The position numbers and the translations under genes were made by a program. DNA of 64,000 bases from Saccostrea cucullata. Taxonomy: Eukaryota. Of this stretch, positions 12,658 through 25,479 are shown in pieces (positions within the stretch are counted from its first letter, which is position 1; each line of letters starts with the position of its first letter). The stretch is from the NCBI RefSeq assembly GCF_032062105.1, contig NW_026939314.1:1-64000 (forward strand). Reading direction: 5' to 3'. The notes beneath the pieces were generated by a model that saw only the letters and a list, made by a program, of their open reading frames with translations, ran no database searches and was not told where the DNA came from.

Positions 12658-13376
12658 TTATGTAACAGAACACTCTTCATGCTCCAAATGAAATGGAGAA
12701 TCCTCACAAATAAAGGGAAGTTTGGGTCCTTCTTCTCCTGTATAGTACGTGTAGTTTCTCTCAGTCACCTGCCGTCGTTATGATTAGTCAAAAGGAGGCC
12801 AAAGATGGGGGCAACTGCTATTTCACCCTCATCGTTAGGATTCGTATGGGGTTCTTCTTCTTCTTTTTTGGGGGATGGGTGGGGTGGGGGGGGATGGAGG
12901 GTTCAATTTAAAATCACATATTCTAGTGTTTAACTTGATATTTAGAGTATGTTGAGGGTATTAAGATATTCGATGTCAAATTACGATTCATCAATATTTA
13001 GATTATACAAATCTATCAACACTTATATAGGTACATTTTACATAATGGTTGATATGACCTTAGATTTACAGCGCAATTTCATGCCTAGATCCTCCCCTGT
13101 TCTCTTACTATCAATATAGTTGGTGAGTACTTTTTCTTTCTCCTCTGAGTCTATGACGACCATGTGAGCCCCCTGCTGGTGACAGAATTCACTGGAATTC
13201 AACATGGACGTCGGTTCCTTGTGGAAAGAGAAACACCAACTACTCACATTGACAAATTCCGGGGAGCATCTCAAAACCTCTGATCCGGAAATCCCAGAGG
13301 AACATTTCAAAGGTTCCGAATTAATGGCGATCAAAACTGTCAAATGATATAAATAATACAAGGGTACATTCGTCAT
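12658..13376 (-). pseudogene. C-type lectin (CTLD) gene, copy A, probably decayed; exon 13376-13085 and C-terminal fragment ~12863-12658
   Basis: Exon after an acceptor CTGTTAG|ATG encodes a hydrophobic N-terminus and CSPEFVNVSSWCFSF...FCHQQGAHMVVIDSEEKEKVL (CTLD N-half). The downstream fragment encodes ...GPKLPFICEDSP...* (CTLD C-terminal FICE motif) with a frameshift. The WIGL-containing middle part is missing, and the donor is GC where copy B has GT. Confidence 0.75.
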
Positions 13377-14493
13377 CTAACAGATTATGATTTAATCTTT
13401 AAGATGTTCCCACTCTTACAATTTCATGTTTTCAAATTATATAAAGTTTCAGGTACTCCAATTCACATCAACAAGTCATTGTAAATATGCTAAAATGTCA
13501 ATGATAGCGTTTGAGGAGTGAAGTTTCTTTTATATAATGCACTACATGTATAACGTAAATATAGCTAACGGCTTAAAAACATGTTATAAAGTAAAACATG
13601 GGTTAAAATAAGATTCATTCCTTATATTTTTATTTCAGTGTAGACGATAAGACTATCTTTCTTACCAAAAATGACTTAAAATTGAGCATATATTAAATCA
13701 AACCTTAAGAGGAGATTTTCATCATTCCAAAGGTGATTTTTAATATGTTTTACCTGTAGCAATGCAACTCAATAGGAATGTAGCTACAATCGGAAGGCCT
13801 CTTGATACTAGTTTGAAATGAATGCATTGGGTATTTCATTAACCGTAAATAAATAATTAAATCCATGAAACAATTTCAGCAACTCTCTTTGAAAGTAGAA
13901 ATAATAGCATAGCTATTTTTGTGTAAACATGATAATGTGTCATATAGAGAGGAAAAGTAAAGGTTTTGTTCTAGTTTTGACTTTATTTAATTTAAAGGCA
14001 TATATGTATTTTTTAGTTCACAAATAGTGCGTATGAATTCTTTTGACTGAAATTTATTTTAGATATCCGATTTGAATAACTGATAGTTTTACTGTAATCA
14101 AAACAGTAAATTATCTTAAAAATAAAGTTATGAAAAACTCTTGAAGTAAAAACTGACGAGATAAATCAGGAAGAGTTATTCTTCTTGTCTCATGAAAGCT
14201 TTTTTTCCTTTTGTGACATGAAATTAGACACAAGTAACATCTTTTTAAAAAGCTTGCCAGTCTACATCAATTAATATCTGCGCGAGAAGGGATACACATT
14301 TAGAGCAATAGCTTTTTGGGTTTAAAATATGTTCTAACTATCTATTTTGAAAACCTTGTATAAATAAAAACCTCATTGTATTTAACTTGTAGAAAGAAAT
14401 CATTTCTACACTGCTTACTAAATAGTTGTTATTCGCTGGGTGTTTTCTTCAGGTGGAGCGGTCTGCCCTTGGGTCTAAATTGATTTAAAGCTG

Positions 14494-15858
14494 TGTTACA
14501 ACGCGAAATGTAATAACAACGCGAAATGTAATAAACATGGATTATTACATTTTTTGTTATTACATTTTGCGTCGAAATCAACGCAGAATGTAATAACGCA
14601 AAATGTAACAAGACATCTTTGAGGATTATTACATTTCGCGTTATTACATTTTGCGTCGAGATCAACGCAATATGTAATAACGCAATATGTAATAGCATGA
14701 TTTTTGGATTATTACATTTTGTGTTGTTACATTTTGCGTCGAGATTAAGCAAACAGCAAGAACGCAAAATGTTATAGTACTCTTTATTCAGCCAGATTGA
14801 GTACAATTATTAATAGAGTAGTAGCCGATGAAGAGGATATTAAACAAAAGGAAAAAACAGATACATGTATATGCAATTTCCTACAATTAATGAATTTCAT
14901 AATATATTGATATAATAAGCTACATGTGTTTAAAATCAGTTTAATTAATGTATTCAAATTATAGTTGTTGCAAATTAGAAACGCGCGTGAGTAGCAGTGT
15001 ACTTTTGCTTTTTTTAAATAGAAAATGCAATGAATCTAAAAGAAAACCTATTTATTTGTACTGGCAGGTGTAAATATATTTTTGAAGGGTTTATTGACAA
15101 TTGTGATACCATACTGATCTATGCAAATCGCTTGCATTGCAGACAAGCAAAAACACCCCCCCCCCCACTCTCTCTCTCTATCAAATAATAAAATGGACTG
15201 TTTCTGCATGTCCATAGTAATACAATGATAAATATGCTAAGTAAACACTCAACTCTATCCCTGCCCTTCCTCGCTTGACACACACACACACACACACTTC
15301 TTTGTTAACCAATGTACACATACCAAACATGCATATCAAGAGCTAATAATGAACTAATGGTCAATTCTTTGGTAATTAAATAAATTGTGTTATTGGTTAG
15401 AAATTTAATAAGACTATAAGACTATCAAAAATATGCCAATTAAGTTTAATTAAAGCTTTATAATTTAGCACAGTGTATTCAATATTACTACAGTCAGAGT
15501 CAGAAAAACAATACATTTTGATGTATTTATGTCTGTAAAAGCCCTAGCGTTGTTCTCATTGTTTTAGTTCTAAATATTTTGTACAGCGTTTTACCCATGT
15601 TGGTTATATATATATTTTGAATCAATTTTATGATCTTTTTTGTTAAACGCAATAAAAAAAATTGTATTTTGTTTTATTACATACTGTTTATTACATTTTG
15701 CGTTGTCTTTAGTGCAAAAATGAAATAACGCAAAATGTAACAACGAAAAAGCACGTTATTACATTTTGCGTTGATCTCGACGCAAAATGTAATAATGCAA
15801 AATGTAATAATCCAGGTTTATTACATTTCGCGTTGTTATTACATTTCGCGTTGTAACA
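14494..15858. mobile_element. Non-autonomous DNA transposon with TG...CA ends, long internally repetitive TIRs and a 6-bp TSD
   Basis: TIR TGTTACAACGCGAAATGTAATAACAACGCGAAATGTAATAAAC at both ends; TSD AAGCTG at 14488-93 and 15859-64; empty site in the paralog at ~49070. Confidence 0.9.
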
Positions 15859-16535
15859 AAGCTGCATTGCAACACCTTTTAGAAAATCTGTTATCAAATC
15901 ATGAATCGTAATCATTTTAAAAGATAGATATAATTTGATACATATTTTGCTAGATTGTATTTTCTCCACTGAGGTAAACAGTTTTAATGTGTGTTCATCA
16001 ATAGTTTTGAGTTAAATTAAATAAAGAATGTGGCATCTGGGTAAGATTTCCTTATTATTTGCACAAAAATGAAATACTTATTAGAACTTTAGTACATATT
16101 TAACCTATTAAAACCTAAAAAAGCAAATCATAATGTTCGGGGGTCATCAGAATGATACAATATTGAACACGTCTAGCACAGGCGTTAATTTGAATACTGA
16201 TACTTAAAATTATGAGGAAATATTTTACATATATAATAAAGATGTTAATGAAGGTATATTGGTAAATATTGGCACAAACTGGCTGTGCAAATGTACGAGT
16301 TTGAATACAAATATTGTACATATTGCCGAGGTTTTAAACTTTGATTTTTGTAGGACCTGTTGTAAAGATTAAGATGTTTATTTATTTATTGGATTTTAGA
16401 ACCAGCTGAACCTTGAACACTGTGTTGTCTTGTGTTTGAATAGTTTAAATATCTTTTATGAAGTGAATCCTTGTTTTCACCAACATAAATAAGTTCACAA
16501 AGATATGACAATATTCAGTAGACAGCATCATAGTA

Positions 16536-16753
16536 CCATGAAAGTAGAATTTTTAGCGAGGATTTAATTTTGGCATTATTAGCATTATTAGTGTAAAATT
16601 GAATATTGCTTAAAATTGATTGCGTTTTATTTGTAATAAGTTCTTTAGTCTGCATTTAAAAAATGCCTTTATAACATCTCGCTAAAAATAAATTGACAGT
16701 TTTTATGAACAAATCGCTAAATTTGCGTCTCGCTAACATTTCCACTTATACGG
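16536..16753. mobile_element. Small MITE with TA TSD
   Basis: Imperfect TIRs CCATGAAAGTAGAATTTTTAGCGAG and CCGTATAAGTGGAAATGTTAGCGAG flanked by TA; empty site CATAGTAATTTAG at ~50250. Confidence 0.75.
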
Positions 16754-17229
16754 TAATTTAGTTGAAGCAAAATTTAAAATTGAACCATATTATATGTAGA
16801 GTTATCTCTCATGTCTAAGAGAGGCTGTTTGTGACACAGGGAAAACGACATAAATTAACCTAATGTAAAAGGCTGGAAGCAATCTTTTTTTTAACTTATT
16901 GAATAGATACAGTAAACGTTATAAGTAGAATGGAATTTCACAAGTTATTTTTTTTAATCATATAAGTGTGAATCATTAGTAAACTAGGTAAAACAAAAAT
17001 AGACAAACTTGATTTTTTCTAAATACCTGTTCATAAAGGAGCTAGGTCTATTGCATGTGCTTCAAAGAATACTAGTATCTTAATAATGACATTGTATAAT
17101 TTTGATAAAGAAACTGATTAAAACTAATCTTATAGAATTTTCTTGCATTCCTTACAGCATCGTGTTATTGCCTATAAAGACAATACTTGTCTAATTCTTC
17201 AAAATGAGAGAGAGAGAGAGAGACAAAGG

Positions 17230-17982
17230 AAGGATATGGAGATAACGAACAATATTCAATCTAAAAATCCACAAAATAATACAAAATAGGAGAAGAATGA
17301 GCACAGATCTCCAAAACATCAGAGGTCGGAACAGGTCCCATGGAGGAGTGAGCATCCCCAGCTGACCGGTCACACCCGCCATGTGTTCCTTGTTATGATC
17401 AGGAAATAACGGAAAAATCCGACGTCAATTCAGTGTATAATTAATGGACTAACAATTGGTATGAAAAACGTCAGTCAACATTTGACTCAATGATAAATTG
17501 TATTTGCTGACAAGTTCATTGTATCGACCATAGAACTTGGGAAATGATGACTTTAAACGGTACAGTTGATATTCGTCTTTCCTCAACATGCTTGTCAATA
17601 ATTTACCTTTTTTTTAAAGAAATTTTTCATACATAGAACATGCTCTTGCATATCGAATCAACTGAGATATATGAAGGTATATTGCTGAATAAGTAAGGGA
17701 AGTTGAAGAAAGAAAAGTTAACGTCATCACATATATTATCATATATCTTGTTAGATTATCATAAACGGTTTTTTTTTTTTTCAAGTAAAATTTCCATGTA
17801 AGAAACAGATGTGTCTCAAGCTCACAAGAATATATCGTATCTACGTAGGAATGGAAATAACAATTGTTAATGGACAATACGTCGTCGATATATCTAAATG
17901 TCGAGTTGAAGGTCGCAGTAAGTAAGTGTTTTCTTCATTTCACGCATAAGATTTTACACAAATTCTGCTTCATATGAATATT
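17230..17982 (-). mobile_element. Penelope-like RT 3' fragment plus 3' UTR (duplicated at 50630-51330)
   Basis: Encodes YEAEF, FNSTFRYIDDVLSINN and ISQLIRYARACS. The 3' UTR gives the spurious ORF MAGVTGQLGMLTPP. Confidence 0.85.
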
Positions 17983-19164
17983 AAAACATGCATTCAGCAG
18001 GTTTATTATCTAAGTAAAGAAGAATGGATGCACATGCATTAAATACACTGGTGTCGAGTACATTAAATGCTTACAGCGACGATATTTGCCGATTTCCATA
18101 AATACTTTCATATTACACGTGCAGCTTTGTTGAATGAATTAAGGGAAACAAACATAAACAAAACTTAAACGGAATTCTCTCCGATAAAATGAAATACAAA
18201 CATTTACACACATTCAAATCTGTTTGAGAATGATTTGTTAATTCAATAAAACACAGGGATTGACATTAATTTACAGTTATCTATAAATCAAGACGGTGCT
18301 ATTGATTTTTTTTCGTCTATTCAATAACATGAACCATTGAGAAAATAAATTTATATTGATTACGACAGAAGATATTGTATGAATTATATCCTTTCATACT
18401 GTGATGAAATCAACTCTGAAGTTGAATGAATTTTAATTCTGACGTACACTACATGATTTTACTCTTGATATCTGATCAAGGAGCAAATCAGAAACAAAGG
18501 TGTTCACCTTACTATTAGGTTTAATAAACTCTGTTTGAACACAAACGATGAATTTCTGTTGATTGATTAAGTCAGTGTTAAATTCGATTGCAACACATGC
18601 CTAACGTTATATTGTTTTTTTTGTCATTTAAAAAGAATCTAATTTGGTTCTTATTATTTTACTTAGAAAATTAAGGTGTATTTGTCCATCTACATGAACG
18701 GTTTTAACTTTAATATCAAATTATATTTTTCAATGAAATAGACACAGCATAAATGCTAATCTAATTGTTAATTTGCTGACATTTACTAAAATCCAAAGCC
18801 ATCAGTCTTGAAATGTATTTGTATGCATGTGGTTGAGAGCAAAACAGATAATTGATTTTTAATCTGTCAAAGGACTGTTATAATGCCAAATAATGATTCA
18901 TATCCTGTAATCTTACATTTTGGGGGAACTATCTTTTTCTAAAACACCTGTTTTCTTTGAAATTTTGCAGTATATGAAACGCACATGTTTAAAGATTTCA
19001 TCACCAGATAAAAACTAAACTCAAATGTTTATATAGGAGGGGTGATCAAAAAGTTGGTTCATGGAGATTTTATTTCGTGTATGAAGAATTGATCAGTAGA
19101 TATACAATAGCTAAATTGCATTGAGTGGTAGACATGCATTCATGGATCTCTTCATACCTTGAAA

Positions 19165-19430
19165 CACCCGTGGGGATCCGGGGTAGAATAGGTCCTCAGT
19201 ACCCCTTGCTTGTCGTAAAAGGCGACTAAATGGGGCGGTCCTTCGGATGAGACCGTATAAACCGAGCCCCGTGTCACAGCAGGTCTGGCACGATAAAGAT
19301 CCCTCCCTGCTCAAAGGCCGTAAGTGTCGAGCATAGGCCCAAATTAGCAGCCCTTCACCTGCAATGGTGACGTCTCCATATCAGTGAAAAAATCTAGAGA
19401 GGGATGTTAAACAGTATACAATCAACCAAT
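19165..19430 (+). mobile_element. SINE-like non-autonomous retroposon with (CAAT)n tail and no visible tRNA head
   Basis: TSD CATACCTTGAAA at 19153-64 and 19431-42; a second copy lies at 27318-27590 (-); tail ACAATCAACCAAT. Confidence 0.85.
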
Positions 19431-20459
19431 CATACCTTGAAAACCACGAAAATTAACCAACAGGAAAATTAGCGATTTCACAATACAATGAAAAACACCT
19501 GTCAACATTCCACATAATGATATATTGTATATAAAGAAAAGGTCAGTTATCGCCTCTATAAAAATTTGTGAATCTTTTACTTCAAACGAGACTGTTGATA
19601 TCCTTGTTTCAACAATGTTTTAGCTTACCTCGTTGTAAATAATGTTCGTAATATAACTCGCATATGCATTTCAAATCAACTTGAGGAAATCTTATACAGG
19701 TAAGAAAGCTATATTGCCACTGACGTTAGGGCAGTTGTCGTAAGCAAAATTGATAATCGTTATCTTAATCATATGTATTCCATTATCCATTGCATAACTA
19801 ACTGTAAATATTATTGTCTATCTTTACATCTCAGGTCAGATCTCTCTATCAGCAGAAAACTACCCTAGAATTTAAACTCTTCAGTGTTTTGTGTATAGAA
19901 CAGTTTGGAAAATTTTATTGGAACACTCCGCAGATGCAAATTACGTGTTGCTTTTAAGAAAGAACATGCTAAAAATGGTTTTAGAGATGCTCTGAAAGCA
20001 TGAATTTCAAAAATAAGCAAAAAAAAAATTGGTTATCCTTATGGAAAAGAAACAATTCGAAAATTTGAAGTTAAGCAACATTCCTTTGGGTCTGAGGTGT
20101 AAATGGAAATAAAATATGTTACATGATATTTAGAGTGGAAAAAAATCATTTTTTATCATAAGATAGCATTCAACAATTTTATGATTTATAAATCAGTTAT
20201 ATCTGACGTACAAGAAGATACGACAATCACTACTGGCAAAAGACAAGATACTTTTGTCTTTTAGAAATGTCAGCTGTGGAAAAAAAAAAAATTTCTCCGC
20301 GCTTACCCAGAATTTCTACTTGTACCATATTATTTTTCCCCCTGTGTAAAAAAAATCGCTTCGACGGACCCGTAAAACAAACTTTTAAAATGCCAGCTTC
20401 AATTATTTTTCTCTTCTCAAATTGCTGATAGGAATCTCTTAATTTTTCATAGTTCATCC

Positions 20460-20953
20460 TAGCTACAGATCCCGTAATGCAAAAGCGTGCAATTTTCGGC
20501 GCAATATTTTTTGCGCGCTTTTTGGGAGAATTTCTCGACTTTCTAGCATTAATTAATCAACTACCTTTCACTCCCTAATTGTAGACACATTCTGTAGCCA
20601 AATGTATATTTTATCTACCTCCCAACCATTTATAGTTGTCTCTAAAGAAACGAAAATCGCTTGAAGTTGATTTTTAGCAATCTAACAAATAATTTTAGTT
20701 AAGTGAATTTATCACCTGTAAAGATGACTATAAAGGGTAGGTAAATGGATTAAATATATAGATTAGCTAACTTATGTGTCTTGAAGTAGGGAGTGAAAGG
20801 TAGTTTTTTGACCGATGCTGGAAAGTGGAGAAATTCTCCAAAAAATGTGCAAAAAATATTGCGCTGTAAATTGCACTTTTTTGCACTACGGGATCTGTAG
20901 CGTTATCGTCAAAGACAAGTATAATAATCCATAACGCTACAGATTGGCAGCTA
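20460..20953. mobile_element. Non-autonomous DNA transposon, AcademH-like (TAG...CTA ends, 9-bp TSD)
   Basis: TSD AGTTCATCC at 20451-59 and 20954-62; termini TAGCTACAGATC and GATTGGCAGCTA; ~120-bp internal inverted repeat (20461-20580 vs 20785-20901). Confidence 0.65.
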
Positions 20954-21640
20954 AGTTCATCCTAGTACTTTCTTCGAACATCTAAGCAATTTATTTATGA
21001 ATTTGAAAATTTCCCTTGTATATTCATCTTCGGTACAGAGAATATACTCCACGGATACCTATAAATACCTTATAAAATGATACGGCCAATAAAATAAAAA
21101 AAAGTCAAAGTTTATTTCTTTTCATAAAATGTGTTAATTGCTTAACCGAAGTCTTATTGTTAAATGTGATTAAATGTAATAAGGATTTAAGTTGTTCATC
21201 ACATACATTTACGTTACTACATTTTATGAATTCTTTTATTTGATTAAAACTATAAAAGGATTGAAGTTGTTCATAATAAACATGTTTTATATGTTACTAC
21301 ATTTCAGCTTTCAAGTTTATCAGACAAAATTACAACTTTTACAGTTATTTATAAGGACATTCTGTTCCTAAACACTTCAAATAAAAAAAAAATTCAGGGT
21401 TTTAAATTATTTATAAGGACATTCTGTTCGGAAACAATGCAAATAAAAGAAGTACATGGTTAACAGGAAGTGAAGAAGATAAAGACCATGAATATATAAT
21501 ATTCAACAGGAAATCATAGTGTGTGTAATTCTGATTAGTCGTGAACGGACCTGAGAGGTTGTCATTCGCGGAACTTGATAAGAGCCTGGCGACATTTGAT
21601 TATTTCTTCACTTACTGAGATAGGGGCGAGGTGTTTGGTA

Positions 21641-24016
21641 CCCAAACAGAAAAAACAGCCTATCGGATCATGCTAACAACTCGTGTGTAAATCATGGTTT
21701 TGATATGATTTCGGTATAGGAAAATTTCACATGCAAATGAGCTAATGGATCATGGTTCTGAGATGATCTGTTAAACTAAACAACTAGCAAGAAAACCATG
21801 ATCCTGGTATGATCTGTTGTAGAGCTAACAACTCGTATCAAAACCATGATCCTGGAATGATCTGTTGTAGCTAACAACTCGTATTAAAACCATGATCCTG
21901 GTATGATCTGTTGTAGCTCACAACTCGTATTAAAACCATGATCCTGGTATGATCTGTTGTAGCTCACAACTCGTATTAAAACCATGGTCCTGGTATGATC
22001 TGTTGTAGCTTACAACTCGTATTAAAACCATGATCCTGGTATGATCTGTTGTAGCTAACAACTCGTATCAAAATCATGATCCTGGTATGATCTGTTAAAT
22101 AGAACAACTCATAGGAAAATTCTACTTCTTATACAATTTTACTAAACACTTTGATATTTGCAATAAAGTTGTCTTTAATATTTGATAAATAATTTCAGTT
22201 ACCAAAAATTAAGAGAAATATTATACACTTATGTCACATGAACCATGACGTCATATAAATATAATCCCAAAAAATGATCTTCCTTAATAAGATGATGATT
22301 TAAATATAAAACATTATCCAAACTATTCACTGAATTGTATAAGAACAGAATCACAGAAATCCATTCTTCTTAAAGAATAATCCGGAACTCACTGATATCA
22401 CTGCTTATTTATGATTACAACATCTGTTCACTACAGAATCAGCAGAGTGGTGGATCTATTATTCAGAATCACAAACACTGAAAGGGCTCTCAATGAAGTA
22501 GTCTATCCTCTGATATACGCTCTTTATATGTGTACATAAGCACCTTAAAAAGAAACGTAGAGAAAGTGGTATTTATTTATCAATCAACATATCATTATCT
22601 TTAGATCATGAAAATATGAAATATTCAAGTACTTTCCTCATTGCATTAGTGAAAAGAATTAGATTTATCACCAAAAGAATACTATTGTTGAAATGTAATA
22701 TTATTTACGTACACAAATTTTGTCTTCACCAAAGGCGGATCTTTTGAATTTGTGAATTTGAATGCAACTCAGATGTTAATCATGAAGATGGAAATGTCTG
22801 TAGCTGCAAAAGAATTTCATTTTTATAAATAAACATTTTATATAATGATTAACATGTACATGTACAACAAATATTTGAATCAACAAGGTCAATTTGATGC
22901 TTAAATTAAGTTTTCAGCTCAAATCCATGTAAAGCTTTGCTATGTCTCTTCTACACATTTACAAAGGAAAAATGAATCATGCACTTGCTGGTAGAAATTA
23001 AAAAAGGTCAACAATAAAATTGATGAATTATACTCACCGAGAATAGAGTTAATAGTCCAGCACTTATTGTTATTGCTTATATGATGCAAAGGCTTTTCTT
23101 TTAAATCGGCAACAAGAAAACACGCACATCTTGTTTATCAGAATTCAAATTCTGACCTAGATCAGCTGCAAACCACTGTACTACAGCGTGCTGCCCAGCA
23201 GGAGAATTGCATAACAAGGTTACTACGACTCTGAAACTGACCAGTGATCCAATCCAAATCTAATGCCTCAAAGTTAGATTGGGAGTGGATCACAAATATT
23301 ACATGAAGAGAAAGAGTTTTAATAAAATTCTGGCTGCGTTATTTAAACAAAATACATGTGTGCTAATTTAAATATGAATTATTGTATTAAATTTGTTTGT
23401 CATTTCATTCAATTTCAAAAAAATATAGTCTTTGTTACTTATACCTGTACATGCTGTGTGCATTTTAATTATTAAAACTTAATTTTCCTGTTTTCTTTTA
23501 AATAAGACTTTTATTGATGTATGTATGTTGTTTGATTCTCCAAGCTAAAGTGAATTTAAAGCTTGCATTTTCACCTATCATAGATGACAAAGTTAACAAA
23601 CCATATCAGGATCATACAACCAATTCTGACAAAGTTAACAGATCATGTAAAACTCATGATTCTCAACAGAGAAGTTAACAGATCATGTGTAACTCGTATG
23701 GAGTTTAAAGACTAAGTTAAGAAACCATATCAAAATCACAAACTTTAAGCAGTTAAAGTTAACGAATCATTTCAAACTCATGTTCCTTTTTTTCTAAGTT
23801 AATGGCACATGTCAGAATCGCAAGAAAATCATACCAGACTCATTCCCCAGAAACAAACCACATCAGGATCATACTTCCTTATTTGTCATCTATGATTTCA
23901 GTATGATCCATTTAATGGATACTGTCTAAATCATAGTTCAAAATCATGAATTTGTGAGTTTGATATGGTTTGTATGTGATTTTGGCATGATTTGTTAAGA
24001 AAAGTTTTTGTTTGGG
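21641..24016. mobile_element. Non-autonomous EnSpm/CACTA-like DNA transposon (CCC termini, TA TSD)
   Basis: TIRs CCCAAACAGAAAAAAC and GTTTTTGTTTGGG, TA on both sides, empty site GTTTGGTAGC at 24641, and subterminal repeats at both ends. Confidence 0.75.
21790..22110. repeat. 46-bp subterminal tandem repeat, about 7 copies
   Basis: Unit AACTCGTATTAAAACCATGATCCTGGTATGATCTGTTGTAGCTCAC. Confidence 0.9.
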
Positions 24017-25479
24017 TAGCTTTTTGATTATGCTTGGAAAAGAGAGGGGGGATGGGAAGGGGGATGACGGTGGTTGGGATGGGGTATTTTATTCGTGTAT
24101 TTTCCTAGACCATGGGGTGTTGGTATTGGATTGTACTCTGTATAGTGTGATCGCCGAAATATTGACGACTCGTTAAACAACGATAATTAATCAATGAATC
24201 TTAACAACTTCAAATTATTTATTTAAATTATCTTGAAGGTTAATGAAGACGCCGTTAGACGAAATCTAAGAGTTATCTTAAAAGTTTGTTTTTCAAAAGG
24301 TTTCGCCTCAAAATATTTTCTTTTTCTAAAATAAGGCCCTTGCTATTTTATATGTTACTACATTTCATCTTTCAAGTTTATCCGACAAAATTACAACTTT
24401 TTGTTATTTATAAGGACATTCTGTTCGTAAACACTTCAAACAAAAGAAGTATAGGGTTTACAGAAAATTCAGAAAAGGACAAAGACCTGTGAGTATATAC
24501 AGTGTAATATTTAACAGGAAATCATAGCGCGCTGAATTCTGATTAGTCGTGAACAGAACTGTGAGGTTGTCATTCCCGGAACTTCTTTAAAGCCTGGCGA
24601 CATTTGATTATTTCTTCACTTATTGAGATAGGGGCGAGGAGTTTGGTAGCTTTTTGATAATGCTCGGAAAAGAGGGGGAACGAAGGGAAGGGGGAGGACG
24701 GTGGTGGGGATGGGAATATTTAATTATAAATCACCTAATATTTCAAATGAGTTTTAGCCTTTTGATTTGACTCATAATGACTCTTAATGATTTTTCTCCA
24801 ATATATTCCCGTGTCAACATTGTATCCTTTTTGGTTCCATGCTCCCATTTTGGGGTCATATTTCGAACAAAATTGAATATGCTTTACCTGAGCATGCTTG
24901 TATGTAAACATGACTATTCATGGCTGTTCTTTAGAAGAATATTTTACAATTTAAATGGACAGTTGAACTTTGAGATATGCGTCTTTCTAAATTTACCGTA
25001 TCTGTTTGCATACATATTTAATGGAATCCTAAGCAAACTTAATGCATAGTTAATGTTGGGCAGAAGCGGAAACTAATCACTCTAATCATCAATACCTTTT
25101 TTAATTTTCCTAAAATTTGTCTATTTTTACCTGATAAACTATCATATGTCGCTCCACTTGCCATCCAGCATCTACAGCAACACCTAGTCTATTGTCATTA
25201 ATCTCTCTGAAAAATAGTTAAATAACAGACATCAGTTATTAACCTGTGAATCTGTCTCATTTAGAACAACCCCTAATGTGCATAACATTCTGCATATTTA
25301 TCAACAAAAATTATACTGTACATGACTAAACCTTATATTTATCAGTATATATATTAACTTGATCACTATCAATTGTCTATTATTAGGTATTTCCTATGAT
25401 TTTCCTTAAGGGATCAAAACTAAAACACGAGGCCCCTTGGGCTAGGGCCACAATACTCTACGAAGTCACTGTCTCTGCC

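Larger units (their letters stand above)
12915..20250. repeat. Segmental duplication copy A (paralogous to 41340-43140 plus ~48240-53855)
   Basis: Collinear matches include the CTL exon, 13730-14490 with 48258-49075, 16010-16530 with 49720-50250, the PLE 17230-17980 with 50630-51330, and 18500-19100 with 52200-53215. Confidence 0.9.
21270..24720. repeat. Local direct duplication (21270-21640 plus 24017-24090 vs 24350-24720)
   Basis: Matching text runs from ATATGTTACTACATTTCA through GGGGCGAGG.GTTTGGTA|GCTTTTTGAT..TGCT.GGAAAAGAG. Confidence 0.85.

Noticed and set aside
14429-14806. 125-aa ORF (and 15709-15969)
   Set aside because: These are low-complexity translations of repetitive TIRs.
17191-17382. 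ORFs MAGVTGQLGMLTPP... and 50615-50854
   Set aside because: These are translations of the Penelope-like 3' UTR, not genes.
19235-19270. Hammerhead ribozyme core in the SINE (CGGATGAG...AAAC)
   Set aside because: The core reads CGGAUGA rather than CUGAUGA and lacks GAAA; no convincing three-stem fold.
21790-22110. CRISPR-like regular repeats (also 25656-26110 and 2795-3048)
   Set aside because: The units are head-to-tail with no unique spacers, there are no cas genes, and the context is eukaryotic.
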